Shown here: in pieces, positions 12,981 to 28,387 of the stretch
Layout of the letters: each line of letters begins with the position of its first letter
How positions within the stretch are numbered: the first letter of the stretch is position 1
Assembly (NCBI GenBank): GCA_964016885.1
Contig: OZ024755.1
Span: forward strand, 19,840,001 to 19,904,000
Reading direction: 5' to 3'
From: Eledone cirrhosa
Taxonomy: Eukaryota
Length of the DNA stretch: 64,000 nt
The notes under the pieces: generated by a model
The model's database searches: none
What the model was told of the DNA's origin: nothing
What the model saw: the letters and a program-made list of their open reading frames with translations, nothing else
Made by a program: the position numbers and the translations under genes

Positions 12981-13064
12981 CTCCCGAAAGTGTGTAGAGG
13001 AGCAAAACACCAAATATATTTATTGAGGTGCGACTGGCCCTCCTACAGTAAAACGTTCGTAGAG
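12981..13064 (+). ncRNA. Decayed hammerhead-like motif
   Basis: CTC-CCGAAAG-TGTGTAGAGG...CTCCTACA-GT-AAAAC-GTTC-GTA-GAG; the helices fit but both core boxes carry substitutions. Confidence 0.35.
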
Positions 13065-14675
13065 GAAAATCATGTGCATCTAAACTGGTTATTCATTGTT
13101 ATTTTATTAAATTTTATATATATATTTCTTAACAGAAAGTTCATACAATAATTATGTCTGGAAAACGTTATAAATATTTGAATATTAAAAATTTATATTT
13201 CAGTTTTGACTGTGGAAATTCTTTTGCAATTTTAATCTGTTCTGTATTATATATTTTTATATTTTTCTTCACATAATTTTCTACATTTTCTTGTCGGCGC
13301 TGGGGAGGAGACCTCTGTTGTATTGTACTATTAATGGTTTCCGTTATTTTTAATGTTTGAACAGTGGGATTTAAGGTCGAAATGGTTGATATTTGTATCA
13401 TGCTGAGTGGATGTGTAGATGCTCCCTTGTTGGGTTCTGTATGTTATGTTTTCTAGTGGAAGACATTTCGAATGGAATATGCCAGTGAAACAATACGATT
13501 AAGTCGGCACGTTCGGTTGAAACCCTTTTAAAGTATAATCATTATTTACGTGATAAGAGAAAGATAATATAAGTGTTGTATGAAAACAATACGATAGTGA
13601 TTATGAAAATCTGACATTATGGATCTTACATTAGACGTTTGTTGACAGGCAAATTGTCAATTTGGGGAGCTACGTTCGAGTCACTGGTATACCAGGAATA
13701 TAACAATATCGGGTTTTAACTAGAATGTGAACATAACTGAGCTGTTGTGACATTCATGTAATTTCCAAAATAAATTATGATAAACATATGTAAAAAATAA
13801 TATATTTAAGGAGGCTCAAACAATGTGAGATGGACGGTAAAATGAAAGCAACAAAAACATTTATTATCAGGTAACAACCGTTTTTGTTTTATTCATTTTA
13901 CCGTCCTTTTCTCAAACATCTTCTACAATAAGTACTATACACAATGCTTCAGCGAAGCTATAACATTCTATTATGATAAAATGATTTCGCTTGAACTGGT
14001 ATCTGGATCAACATCGTTTATCTTGAATCTATCTCTTGTTCTATATCGATCACTAAAATATTAAACTAAATATTGGATTCTTTGAAATTTGGTAGGTAAC
14101 TGTTTTTGTCGATTGAATTACGGATTATAGATTCGATTAGTTGGATGTCTACCTTGACCAACCGTTGCTCGTTACAACGAGCGAGAGAAATCGTATTTTA
14201 GTTTTAGGAACGAGATCAACATTTTGTAGGATTTGTTAGGGTCAATTCATTTGATCTCAGCGTATTTCTGGTACTTATTCTTACTTATTTCATAAACCGT
14301 TTAAACCTGATGTTCTATTGATTTTTCCAAATCCCTGACCATCACTTAGCAACGATGTTAGCAGGCTACATGTAAGTGGCGATTAAACGATTTGATGGCT
14401 GGCAACTAAGTAAGTTGAGTTATGGAATGTAGTAACAAACATTGGTCAATGATTCTGTCGGCTTTGTAAAAGGCAATTGTTAAAGTATGATAGATAAACT
14501 CTACATCAATACTGGGAATGCAGCACTAAACACTAATATACATTAAGAATCTAGTTTCTCTGTATGCTTTCTCGTATTTCTAGACTACATACTTAATACC
14601 TTAGTCTGTATCAAGCTTCCTAAATAGGTTTTGAATGTGTAAGACCATTTATTTTTACAACAAACAGGCCCCTAC

Positions 14676-14760
<85 letters not shown>

Positions 14761-14927
14761 ACTTTAATTATATCTCATAAAATAATACAACTGGCTTTCC
14801 ACAAAATACATATAGTTAGCACCCCAAACACTTAAATTGGGTTTATATTAACATATAACCTAATGTTTGTTGAGTGAAATGGTTACCAGTCAGAGTTTAG
14901 CTTTAAGCTATCTCTGTTATTGTATTA

Positions 14928-15062
14928 AATATATATATATATATAAAAAGTACACACACACACATATATATATATACATACATATACATATACATATATA
15001 TACATATACATATATATACATATACATATATATACATATACATATATATACATATACATATA

Positions 15063-15160
<98 letters not shown>

Positions 15161-15222
15161 CATATATATATATGTACATATATATATATATACATATATA
15201 TACATATACATATATATACATA
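14928..15222. repeat. (TA)n/(CATA)n microsatellite
   Basis: Direct inspection; forms the 5' flank of the Penelope-like element. Confidence 0.95.
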
Positions 15223-15223
15223 T

Positions 15224-16307
15224 AGCACAATGCAAAGCATCCAGCAGATAGCTAATTCCATACACCAGAGTATAACTGTACCTATCGACTACCCTTCCAA
15301 ACACCCTAACAATAGACTACCTGTATTAGACACGGAACTCTGGATTAACACTATAGACGAGAGCCAAAATTCTACACTCACAATATGCTAAACCCATGGC
15401 CTCCAAATACACGATACCCCAAAACTCAGCAATTTCCAGTTGTGCTAAGTTTAATATTCTGATCGCAGATTTGGTACGAGTGATGAAGAATGTGTCCCGC
15501 ATGTGCGACCCAACAGAAATGAAAAGGCACATCCAACACTTCATCAACCGCATGCAGTTCTCTGGCTACAACCAAAGAGACAGAGTCAGAGTATACGAAG
15601 GAGCCATGGAGAAGTATAAGACACTCATAGAACTGGACATGAAAGGAATTTGCCCATTATACAGGAGAAAATCATGGAATAGCTTAGATAGGGCTAGACA
15701 TAAGATAGGGAAAGCCATCTCATGGTACGACAACCAGAGATACCAGAGTGTCATGTTTGTGGACGCTACTCCTGGAGGGAAATTAGCTAACCAGTGTAGA
15801 AAGGCCCTGACAAAGACCCACTTAAAGATTAAGGTGGTAGAAAAGCCAGGAACCACCATAAAATCCCTGATCAGCAAAACCTACCCTTTTAAGAAAACCC
15901 ACTGTACTAATAGGAAATGTATCATATGTAAGGTAAACCCCCGGATAAACTGTAAAACTAGAAACGTAGTCTATAGCATAAGATGTACAGAGGGTACTTG
16001 CAGAAACATGACAACAACATACATAGGCGAGACAGCTCGTAGCATAGGTGAAAGGATAGACCAACACTGGGGGCAACTAAAAGAACGAAAAAACGGGTCG
16101 GTACTATACGAACATGCCAGACAACAACACGACGGTAACATAGACAACATAGAAATTAGAATAATATCTAAACATAGAAACGACCCAGCAGATAGGCAAA
16201 TCAGAGAGGCAAGTGAAATAGAACTTAGAAGGCTAAGGCTAAACAGAAAGAATGAATGGAATAACAACAACACCCAAACAAACAACACTGACCTAAGAGA
16301 AGTATAA
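15224..16307 (+). pseudogene. Penelope-like RT thumb + Cys linker + GIY-YIG endonuclease; one frameshift near 15365-15370
   Basis: YAKPMAS...SGY...PLYR...WY...SVMFVDATPGGKLA...KVVEKPG; CTNRKCIIC; NVVYSIRC...TYIGETARSIGERIDQH...LYEHARQQH...RQIREASEI...LNRKNEW. The RT catalytic core is absent. Confidence 0.88.
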
Positions 16308-16574
16308 ATAAATAAATAAATAGATAAATAAATAAATACATACACAAGCACAATAACAACAAACACATATAAACACACACTAGTAAAGATAGAATACATT
16401 AACCAATACACAGTCACCCAATCACGAACACACATCAAACAAAACACTATACACATACGCAAACGCATGCGCAAACTAGACAAAATAAAATAAACAAATA
16501 AATAAATATATAAACAGACTAAATAAAGATGGCGTAGAAAATACAAAATACAATCTAACGGGAGGAAACAATAG

Positions 16575-16617
16575 CACCACTAACGATGTTGCAGATGTGC
16601 AACGAAAGAACTTTGAT
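16575..16617 (+). ncRNA. Decayed hammerhead at the 3' end of the Penelope-like element
   Basis: CACCA-CTAACGA-T-GTTGCA-gatg-TGCAAC-GAAAG-AA-CTT-TGATA: perfect 6-bp stem II; G>A changes in the core and stem I. Confidence 0.6.
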
Positions 16618-16858
16618 AAACTATATATATGTGTTTGTGTCTATATTGTATCTGTATTATTTTTGACCGTTGGTCAGTCAATGGCAACATTGAGGACCGA
16701 ATAAAGTAGATTACCGATATAAAAGACACAGCAACGAAAAGCGACCAAACAGTGAGTGTGTTCTGTTATTAATTCTGGCAATATTACACAAATATGACCC
16801 TCGCCAAGTATAACAATATTTGTTTCGACACGATTTCATATCAAAAACCTCGATAAAC

Positions 16859-18082
<1,224 letters not shown>

Positions 18083-18361
18083 TGCGTATTCAAATGCAAA
18101 TATAATAAATGACAAAGATAGACAGAGATAGAGAGTGTTAGAATATTTCCATATATTAATATATGTAATAATAAATATGTATGTCTCTACTCAACGTTGA
18201 ATTTTACCTGTGATCAATTTGAGTACATATTCCAATATATTCCACTTTGCAGAGAAAAAGTAAAATAATTCTTGTCCTCATAATATCCACTTAGTATGTA
18301 TTTATCCATTATTTTTTTTACTTCTTTCTGTGTATCCTATTTCCCATATTTACATCATTCA

Positions 18362-18647
18362 TACACACAGAGGCATACACACATTCAGGCGTACACACAT
18401 ACAGGCATACAGAGAGGCATACACACACAGGCATATACACATTCAGGCATACACACATTCAGGCATACACACAGAGGCATACACACAGAGGCATACACGC
18501 ATACAGGCATACACACAGAGGCATACATACAGGCATACACACATACAGGCATACACATACAGGCATACACACACAGGCATACACACATACAGGCATACAC
18601 ACAGAGGCATACATATACACACACAGGCACATATACACACACACACA
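18362..18647. repeat. AGGCATACACAC minisatellite
   Basis: Direct inspection. Confidence 0.9.
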
Positions 18648-19756
18648 TTTCTACGCCTTTAGTATTTCTTTTTATAGAATTATTTAATCTAATTTTGCTG
18701 ACATTTTTTCTCATCCATCTTGCAAGAGTTATTAAAAAAACTTATTACTTTGCTAGTAAAATATCATCAATTTCTCCCGCTTCCCTCTCTCACACACTCC
18801 ATATCTCTCTCTACTTTCTCTCACACACTCCCTATCTCACACACACACACACTACGTATTTCTCTTTCTCACCCCCACACACACACATTCCCTATCTCTC
18901 TCTCTTTCTTTCGTATGATTAGTTCTTCTATTTACCTTCCATTCGTTATATCATGTGCTACACGTGTAGCTATATAACCTGTCGCTACAAACAAAAGTTG
19001 GATGTGATATGTTGAAAGTTATGTTGGCCTAATGTAGGAGAAAATTGGAACTTAATGATATTTCGGCCTTTTATTCTGCTCAGAAATAAATACCTGTCGT
19101 GGATTTTTTGATGATTACCCGAAAAAGGAGCAATTATTACTCGCAAGTAATATTCGCTTTCAAATATAACCATTTGTTTTATTTCCACCATCTCACACCC
19201 CTCTACCACCACCACCACCCCTTCCATCGCTACAAGAGTAACATATCAAGCTCCATCTGATACTGCTTCCATATCTGTAATTTCTTCCTTTCTCCAAATA
19301 TCTAAAATGTAATGCCGTTCCCAACATTATTACTATCTCTTCAATTATTGTCATTATACATATTTATTTATTTTAATTATAATGCCATTGATACTTCCTT
19401 GCAACTTCACTAGTTGCAAATGGACGAACATAATTTCCCTTGTTAATGCTTAATTATCTTCCAAATGGCAACAGCATACCACAGCATACATCACGCACGC
19501 TATTAATAAAACGACAACAACAATATATGATAGTATGCCACAGTATGACCGATAATGTTTCGATAGCCACACAATATCTGCTGAAGGGGAAATTCCCTAG
19601 GCAGGAGGAAAATAAACAGGTAGTAAAAAAACGTTATTGCTATTAGGGATTACTTTGCGGTCTTGATGCATATAATATTATTTGAATCATGAAAATAGTG
19701 GAATCGCTTTGAATTCTATACACTACCCTCTACAATACCCTAAACTTCCTTAAAAT

Positions 19757-19949
19757 ATAATTGTTTCTACTTTAGGCACAAGGCCAGCAATTACCCAGTG
19801 CATTACTGGTACTTTATTTTATCGACCCCGTAAGGATGAAAGGCAAAGTCAACCTCGGCGGGATTTGAACTCAGATCGTAAAGGGACGTCGTAACTATGC
19901 TGGAAAGCATGGCGTCCGACCCTCTACCGATACTGCCAATCCACCGCCC
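19757..19949 (-). mobile_element. SINE family S1
   Basis: Full-length; CCTTAAAATATA on both flanks. Confidence 0.9.
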
Positions 19950-19992
19950 TACTCCCTTAAAATATAATATGACACAGCTTTGCACTATATTA

Positions 19993-20378
19993 TCATCGCC
20001 TGCCTAAGATCACATGATACCGCGAACTTTCCACATACCATCGCGACAGAAGGGAAACAAAGAATTGATACAAGGACTGTTTGAAAACAAACTTCCTGGG
20101 TCACATCGACCATCACTCGTGGTGCACCCTAGCCGAGAACTGTGACTTCTGTCGTCTCACCATCAACCTTGCTGTCTCTCTCTCCTCATTTAGAAAATAC
20201 CCGCAGGTCCACCCTCCAGGACAAATGGCGCAGGAGGACCAGCAGCAACAACACGTCATCAAAACCCTGACCAGACATTCAGCGGCATCCGCTACGAGCA
20301 TGCCTACAGTGAACGACGACCACGGCCTTCTTATTCTTTCCGAAACCAGGCCATCATGATATGGTGAGATGATGATGA
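19993..20378 (+). mobile_element. RTE-clade LINE 3' fragment (decayed)
   Basis: Across frameshifts reads HRLPKIT*YRELSTYHRDR...YKDCLK...HIDHHSWCTLAEN...ENTRRSTLQDKWRRR, typical of an RTE C-terminus; (GAT)n tail. Confidence 0.8.
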
Positions 20379-21027
20379 CTTTGATATATTCTAATTTACT
20401 ATAGTATTTTATATGTTCCTGCTGCGAGAAGTATTCTATTGGGGATGATTACTAAGAAGAAATGTATTTCGATATCTTATAACATATATTTCAATTACCT
20501 TCCAAATAGAATCACAAACATATCTTCTTGAGCAACAAACGCTGTAATAAACCCCCTTAAAATTTGATACACGTGAATATTCAAAAGAAAACATGTCAAT
20601 TGTTGCAATATAGTATATATATTCAATGAACATAATTACTTAATTTAACATGTGGTTGCTAAGTATATAAATAGTTCTTATATATTAGTACTGGACAGTG
20701 TTTGCTTATATTGATAATAAAGCTGGTATAATAGATTAACGTTTCATAACGATAAGATCATAATAAAAAAATGTAATGCAAATCTTTACATTAGTCGTTA
20801 GAATGCCCACTAATGAGTTCCTCTTTATGTAGCAATTCCAAGATTCTAAGAATTCTGGCAAATTATTGAAAGATTGAAACCAGTCATGAATTATACAGCG
20901 CTTCGCTGTTTGTTGTGGTAAACTGTAGTTTTTTTAAAGATACGGATTGAGGAATAAATGGCATGTGCCACTAGAATTATCTGTCATATATTGCTGACGT
21001 ACATATATGCACTACTTATAGTAAATA

Positions 21028-21250
21028 TAATGGTTTCTTATTTAGGCACAAGGCCATCAATTTTTTTTTTGGGGGGGGGGGTCGATGAAATTGACCCCAG
21101 TGCGTGACTGGTACTTTATTTTATCGACCCCGTAAGGATGAAAGGCAAAGTTAACCTCGGCGGGATTTGAACTCAGATCATAAAGGGCCGTAACTCTATG
21201 CGGCAAAGCATGGCGTCCGACCCTCTACCGATATTGCCAATCCACCGCCC
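21028..21250 (-). mobile_element. SINE family S1, long variant
   Basis: Has an extra GGGGTCGAT...GACCCC segment; TSD TACTTATAGTAAATATAAT on both flanks. Confidence 0.9.
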
Positions 21251-23450
21251 TAGTACTTATAGTAAATATAATATTAATATAAATGTCACCTAAGACTTGG
21301 CGGTTTCTTTACAGCAGCTACTCCGGCTAAAATTTTAGGATGGAAAACGAACAAAGGAGCAACGATCATGCTATTTTATAAATTTAAATATTATCCAATG
21401 ATCTGCTACATATTGCCGACAGCTAGTAAGCGTTAAGCTTCTTCAATATGATAGTACATGCAATAGTCAGAAACAGACCACGATGTATGTTGTGGATCTT
21501 GTCCCAGAAAATCAGTGGCGGTCACAAGATGACGCATTTAAATATATATGTATGGGCGAAGCAGGGTCGAATGGTTAAGAATTTTGATTCTGAATATTAA
21601 GGACCCAGGTTCGATCTCACTATATGTAATCTTCAGTAAGTACCTTCTATTATAGACTCGGATCGACTCAAGCGTTGTGAATAGAATTGGTTTGCCTGAA
21701 GCTGATTTGTAGGATGTCAGAATGATTGTCCGTGAAATACAACAGGACAGTATTACCACAAACTGAGTCACAATCATGATACCCGAAGATTATGTTATGG
21801 ATACATATGCCTGTGGTAGACTCAGCCACATATTCTTTTCATTTAATAAGTAGACAGTTCCGATCTACGGACAATCGATACATCCATCATTGAAATCAAT
21901 TGCAGGCTATTTATCTTTCTCGTTATATATGTATAATCCCAGATTTAGAAAGTAACTATAATCGACGCAGAAAGATTTCCTTTCTGTATAAATAAATGCG
22001 AGAAATACAGTTAAATATACTTTTAACTATCGACGCAGACACAAACACAGTCCTAATGTCGGTGATGTAAAACATATGGAAGATTATATACAGGTACGAA
22101 CTTTTCCACACGTATTCATTATATGAAGAGCTTCTATTTTGTGTAAAATGGTAATGTTAGTTACTTTACAACTAAATATATCGAGGCAAGAAGTACTCAT
22201 AGCGGGCCACAGATATAATGGAAAGAAATGGAATGTAAAGAGAATTATGTTTTAAAACTCTTCAGTTGGTTACTAATCTAGGAATCGTTCGACAGTTTTT
22301 TTATTATTAAGACTACAGAAAATACAATGGAATATATAATGTGAAAATATTACGAGCTTTGCTTTGGTATTTAATATTAACTACATAGAGACTTGCTGCT
22401 ATTGAAAGAGAATGGGAAGAACAAGTATATATACCAAGCGTCACATAACGCTTTTGATTGTAACAAATTACCAGACAACAATGGAATTATTTTATCACTC
22501 CACTCTCCTCTCCTTCTTTCTCTCATAACATCTTTTCCCGCTGTCCTATTACAATATTTCACTCTCTAACACACACACACACACTCTCTCTCTCTCTACC
22601 GTATCAGTATTTCTCTTGTATCATCTCTCTGTCTCTCAATTTCTCTCACACACATTGTATCATATTGTTTGCTGAAAGAACCTAATTTCAGAGGATTTTT
22701 TTATCAGCTACCATATCGAAGAGGGGATATACAAGAAATGATAAAAATTCCATGAATATTAAACAGAGGATAATTATATAATGATAATAATGATAACAAT
22801 AATGTATCCACTTGAATTGTTAAATTAACTATTAACGCAACAGAAGGACGCATTACATAATGTACCTCTAGATACATTGTACCTCAAACATATAGACGAA
22901 ATGGTTATGAATACGATGCCATCGACTCTCGATCTTCTCTATACGGTTTGAGGTATGTTAAAAAACATATTACTAATGTTATGCCAAAGTAACAAAACTG
23001 TTCATCATATTCCATTTGGTAGAGCACGATATACATATTGCAAATGTATTTAAGTGGGAACGACTTCTACCCCGTTTTTCTTGAGTCACTTTTCAAGATC
23101 TCATTCTGTTTTAAATTATAAACATTATACAATTTAATACATACAACTTGTTAAGTAAAGTTCTTTTTTTTTTTTTTTTGTAAGAGAAAGTTTCATAATC
23201 TACAGGCTGAAAATAATTAAAATAATCTTGGTATTTGTACCAGAATCCTATGCTTCATATATGTTTATATAATCTCCAAGATAAACAAAAACTAAGTTAT
23301 AGCTGCAAAGGGATTTCCGTCTGAATTGTAAATAAAAAAGAATTGCACAATAAAAGTAGCAATGTATTTAGCTATATAGAAATAAGCCTCATATTGATAA
23401 AAGAACAACGTTTATTTGCGTAATTCAAAAACCTTGAGCACATTATTTAG

Positions 23451-23629
23451 TTGAATTGGCAGTATCAGTCGAGGGTCGGACATGCTTTCCAGCTAGTTAC
23501 GTCCCTTTATGATCTGAGTTCAAATCCCTCTAAGGTTAACTTTGCCTTTCATCCTTACGGGGTCGATAAAATAAAGTACCAGTAATGTACTGAGTAATTG
23601 TTGGCCTTGTGCCAAAAGTAGAACATTAT
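23451..23629 (+). mobile_element. SINE family S1
   Basis: Family match; CATTATTTA on both flanks. Confidence 0.9.
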
Positions 23630-23983
23630 TTATTGTAATAAAGGCGTTTTGTGGAGCTGTATATAGCCTTCAAGACGATATACATAAAGGACAAGAGAAA
23701 GATGACATTCTATACGTATTCGTTAATATATATTTTCTCATATCACATTTTTCCATTCTCCTGTTACATAATGTCACACATTGAGATATATTTCAGAAGA
23801 TACCTGGTTCCACATAACGTACGTTTTCAACATAGCAAAAATGATACCTCAAACACTGACCTAACTAAACCAATATTAATTGCCCATAAAGCGCCGATAA
23901 GAGACACAGTGTAGTATAGCTTCTACATATAGGGTGGTGCTGCTGCTAAACAAATACATCATAGCATATAAAGAATAGCCACC

Positions 23984-24189
23984 CGATTGATTAACACGAA
24001 ATCGTTCACAGGAACCCAGCCGATCCCGGTGTTAAATCTCCAGCTATTACTGGTACTCATTTTCAGCTGCGTATACTGGAGCAACGTGAAAGTAAAGGGT
24101 TTTGCTCAAGAATACAACACACAACAGATATCGAACCCACGACAGTATGATCGTAAGTCCAACAGCCTTACCACTAGCCCACGCACCTC
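23984..24189 (-). mobile_element. S2-related tRNA SINE
   Basis: Minus strand GGTGCGTGGGCTAGTGGTAAGG...GGGTTCGAT...TTGAGCAAAACCCTTTAC...GAAAATGAGTACCAG. Confidence 0.7.
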
Positions 24190-24539
24190 TACAATTACTA
24201 ACAAGTACTAACACTACTTTAAAATTACGCACACTTAAAAACAGCGGATTCGTATCTATTTCTTTTAAGCTGCTTGGAAGCCTAATCAGTTTACCGCCAT
24301 TGCTTTTAATACGCATTAACTGATTCTGAGATCTTGTTGAATCTTTTATCTTACTAATAGGTATCGCAGTGCACAGATATTTATCAAAGTTTCTAAGGCA
24401 ACCAGTTTTTGAGAGAGAGAGACTCAATTCAGCCCTGTTGCAGCTTTTAGCAGATCCGTAGTAATTAAATCGAATACTACAAACGAACCAAACACTAGTT
24501 AATTATGCAGTACATTACATTTATAAAAGTTGTTTGGTC

Positions 24540-24670
24540 AACCCAGTGGTTAGATCGTAAGGCTCACGATTGTAAGATCGTGGATTTGATTCCATGGATG
24601 TGTGCTGTGCAATGTTCTTCAGCAAGATATTCCGTCTTACGTTACTCCAGTATACATAACTGAAAATGTT
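24540..24670 (+). mobile_element. S2-related SINE, decayed
   Basis: AGTGGTTAG...GGATTTGATTCC...TTCAGCAAGATATT...ACTCCAGTATAC. Confidence 0.55.
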
Positions 24671-24674
24671 GTAG

Positions 24675-24785
24675 AGTGAGAGGCAGAGAAAGAAAGAGAG
24701 TGTGAGAGGCAGAGAAAGAAAGAGAGTGTGAGAGGCAGAGAAAGAAAGAGAGTGTGAGAGGCAGAGAAAGAAAGAGAGTGAGAAA
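24675..24785. repeat. 24-bp GA-rich minisatellite
   Basis: GAGAGGCAGAGAAAGAAAGAGAGT repeated about four times. Confidence 0.9.
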
Positions 24786-25284
24786 CAGACCAAGAGGGGG
24801 AGAGAGATAAAGGTAGAATATGCAAGTTCTAATAGCAGGGTATTAAAACTTCTATATAACTCATTATCATTTTTTCATTTTCTCTCCTATCAACTATTTG
24901 GTGAGGCGGAGGATTAGCTTTTGACGCCGCAGACCATCGCTGGTTTCCGTAAGATTCTGAAAATTACTTTATGCAAATTAATTAACTATAATTAATTAAT
25001 TTTGTAATTTTTTTATAGTTTTAGGTACATGACACTGATAACCTTGGAGCCAGACTGTTTTAAAATCGAGGAAAGAATTCAGAGCAGTGGGTTATCTTAG
25101 AAAGAGATAATTAATATTCTCAAATGAGATAAAGAATTACTCTTGAGTGGAAAAATTATTTTTAATGTTAATTAAGCGACGAAAAATCGATACATCCAAA
25201 CTGATATATCGATGTATGGAATATAAACCCATTTCCGATCAAAATGCAACAACAAAATAGTAAATAAGCAGGTTATGAACATAA

Positions 25285-25322
<38 letters not shown>

Positions 25323-25334
25323 GTGTGTGTGTAT

Positions 25335-25376
<42 letters not shown>

Positions 25377-25543
25377 AGTCAGGACACCGACGGCTGAGCT
25401 CTCAGGCCGTTTCGACAGCTAGGTCCGATCTGATCTAGCTGTCGAAACGGCCGGAGCTCAGTCGCCAGGGCCCTGACTCTTTTCCTATTACCCTAAGGAT
25501 CGAGTACTCTGGTGCGTTATGGTCCACCTAGTATCTTACCACA
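25377..25543 (+). mobile_element. Fold-back element family A (older copy)
   Basis: Imperfect palindrome 25377-25478 around CTAGGTCCGATCTGATCTAG, followed by the family A tail (GAGTACTCTGGTGCGTTATGGTCCACCT). Confidence 0.75.
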
Positions 25544-25593
25544 CGCGCATGTATATATATATATATATATATACACATGTGTGTGTGTATGTA

Positions 25594-25645
<52 letters not shown>

Positions 25646-26113
25646 CGTGTGCGAGTGTGTGCATGTGCGTGTGTGCGTGGCTAAGTTAAACATGATGGTA
25701 CTCGATACATATAGAGGGTACATGTTGGTAAACCGACACGTCGTTAGATTTAACACACGTTCACCTGATCCTTCGTTGTATTTAGTATCCACCACCTTGT
25801 GTCAAGCATTCGACCAGGTCCGTTCACATTTTGAATATAACACCATTCTTCCCAACCACGGATTTCAGTAAAAGGTCATGTTTACTACCCCTACTTCCCT
25901 GTCTTGACAGTTAAGAATATGTACAATCTGCTTTTAGCATAATATTGTGATATACGTATATTAAAAAATTAGGGCCTAGTATATGAAAAACACTGAACAT
26001 TTGTAAAACACAAATTTATAAATCAATAATTATTTATCTTTAACAAAATATAAATATAAAATACATATATATCTGATACACACTAACAGACACACATATA
26101 TATGTGTTTATAT

Positions 26114-26183
<70 letters not shown>

Positions 26184-27080
26184 GTATACAAACACGTAGC
26201 AGTCGAGAACACTTCTTAATTCGTACACACCTGGAGCGCATCTATTGTCAACTTTTCCCTGTTATTATTTGCATTTCAATAAACCTATGTAAGTTTTAAC
26301 TATTTATAAATTTCATTATTACTTTCTAAAAGAGAAATTTTGCTGTTTCTAAATGAACTTATTTACATTACTGTGGCTTCGATAAAACTCATTCATTTAA
26401 TATGCCCGACAGGTATTCTATCAATACTGGATATATTTTAAAGTTGCTTGTTTACTGCATTAAATTTGTAAGACTGAAATATTTAATGAGTTTCAATATT
26501 ACAATCTACAACAACTAGTACTTTAAAGCAATACGTTGGTGGAGTTACAACACATATGGACTACAATTTGAATCGATAAATCATGCTGCTAGATAATCTT
26601 TGTTGCCTCTTTGTGATACTAGCAGTAAACAGGTAGCACACTAAACATGTAATATAGAAGTTTTCTGGCTGAAACTAATCATACTCTGTGTAAGATTTCA
26701 TAAACAATGTTCATAGCATGTGATATGCCTTATACTTTGCAAATACAAATTAATTATCTGGTTTTCCTTTTTTCTAGAAAAATCTGTTGTAATCAGTACC
26801 ATTGATGTCACATCGTGATTATGACTTGACACGTTTGGGTGAATTCATTTAACGGTCTCAGTTCTGTGACGTTATATCGTTGATAAACGAATTCAGAATC
26901 AAGTTGTTCTATATTTCAAGTACGAAGGGTTGTATAGTTATGGAAAATTTCCGCTGCTATTCAAACCTTCTAGGTTAAAAACTATGTACCTATAATAAAC
27001 CGTCTTAATTATTGAAATTAACCAGCGATTTCAACGATCGGGTTTTAATCATTCTAACCCACTGTTGTAAACATTGTAAA

Positions 27081-27268
27081 ATAATTGTTTCTACTTTTAG
27101 GCACAATGCCAGCAATTACCCAGTGCATTACTGGTACTTTATTTTATCGACCCCGTAAGGATGAAAGGCAAAGTCAACCTCGGCGGGATTTGAACTCAGA
27201 TCGTAAAGGGACGTAACTATGCTGGAAAGCATGGCGTCCGACCCTCTACCGATACTGCCAATCCACCG
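27081..27268 (-). mobile_element. SINE family S1
   Basis: Full-length family match. Confidence 0.9.
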
Positions 27269-27324
27269 CTCTTAATAAACATATTAAAACTCGCCCTACG
27301 GACTTGAGTTGCTCTACACCATGG

Positions 27325-27507
27325 ATATTTCTACCAAGCTATTACTGCAACATGGAAACACTGGAAGAGGAAGACCAAGGTTAACGTATGTTGATGCCCT
27401 AAGGACAGACACTGGTCTGTTGGAGACGCAGGACATGGCAGCGATAATGAAGGACAGAGACCGCTGGAGAGACCTCGTCCATGGATCTCGGGAATTTTAC
27501 CCGCCCT
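27325..27507 (+). mobile_element. RTE-clade LINE 3' fragment
   Basis: HGNTGRGRPRLTYVDALRTDTGL...MKDRDRWRDLV (GRP..D..DR..WR signature); ends in (TA)n. Confidence 0.8.
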
Positions 27508-27534
27508 ATATATATATATATATATATATCATTT

Positions 27535-27745
27535 GATTTATTGATATTTTATCTGAGTGTCCCGAATCTTCCAGATCGCAATTTTTCGGTCGTATGGTTG
27601 ATTATAGACTTGTTCTATGTGTGACGGTATTTTAACGATAGTTATAGCTCTGATTTATCTGAATTATTGAGCCCTCTGCCGCTCATTTCGAATTTTGTTT
27701 ATCGTGAACTCGTGCGCCGATTTTTCGATACTAGATTATTCTACT
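27535..27745 (-). mobile_element. ~200-bp (TA)n-embedded repeat family B
   Basis: Reverse-complement homolog of 12148-12350; (TA)n on both sides. Confidence 0.75.
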
Positions 27746-27764
27746 ATATAAAATATATATATAT

Positions 27765-27817
<53 letters not shown>

Positions 27818-27949
27818 AATATATATATATATAAAACACTGTTGACTCTGATCGAGAGGGTGAGAGAGTTTATTTGAATACATAGAAAAATTAGAAGACT
27901 CATCGCTAGAACAGCCTTCAAAGACAGCGATAGGAAAAATACCTCAAAG

Positions 27950-28196
27950 GACAGAGACCAGCGACTGGTGGTCAAGAGAGAGAGAGACCAGCGACTGGTG
28001 GTCAAGAGAGAGAGAGAGACCAGCGACTGGTGGTCAAGAGAGAGAGACCAGCGACTGGTGGTCAAGAGAGAGAGAGACCAGCGACTGGTGGTCAAGAGAG
28101 AGAGAGACCAGCGACTGGTGGTCAAGAGAGAGAGAGACCAGCGACTGGTGGTCAAGAGAGAGAGAGACCAGCGACTGGTGGTCAAGAGAGAGAGAG
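27950..28196. repeat. 30-bp minisatellite GACCAGCGACTGGTGGTCAA(GA)n, about 8 units
   Basis: Direct tandem repeats with no unique spacers. Confidence 0.95.
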
Positions 28197-28316
28197 AATC
28201 TACTAGATGGGTGACAGGCATATGAAATATACAAATGATTGAAAGAGGGGGGGGGGGGGACAAGGTAAATTGTGTTGGCGCATAGAAGTGACAGGAAAGG
28301 GGTAATAAAGAAAGGT

Positions 28317-28349
28317 GATTGGACACTACCGTATATTTTGGTAGATTTA

Positions 28350-28387
<38 letters not shown>

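Larger units (their letters stand above)
15223..16620 (+). mobile_element. 5'-truncated Penelope-like retroelement (C-terminal GIY-YIG)
   Basis: RT C-terminal motif IANSIH...[19 protein letters not shown], then ORF 15396-16307, an A/C-rich 3' UTR, a decayed HHR at 16575-16617, and termination in (TA)n. Confidence 0.9.

Noticed and set aside
15396-16307. Domesticated host gene or selenoprotein-encoding Naiad element
   Set aside because: It is 5'-truncated and frameshifted, the endonuclease is C-terminal (Naiads have it N-terminal), and there is no in-frame TGA.
27950-28196. CRISPR-like array of a partly palindromic 30-bp unit
   Set aside because: No unique spacers (only GA runs), eukaryotic context, no cas genes.
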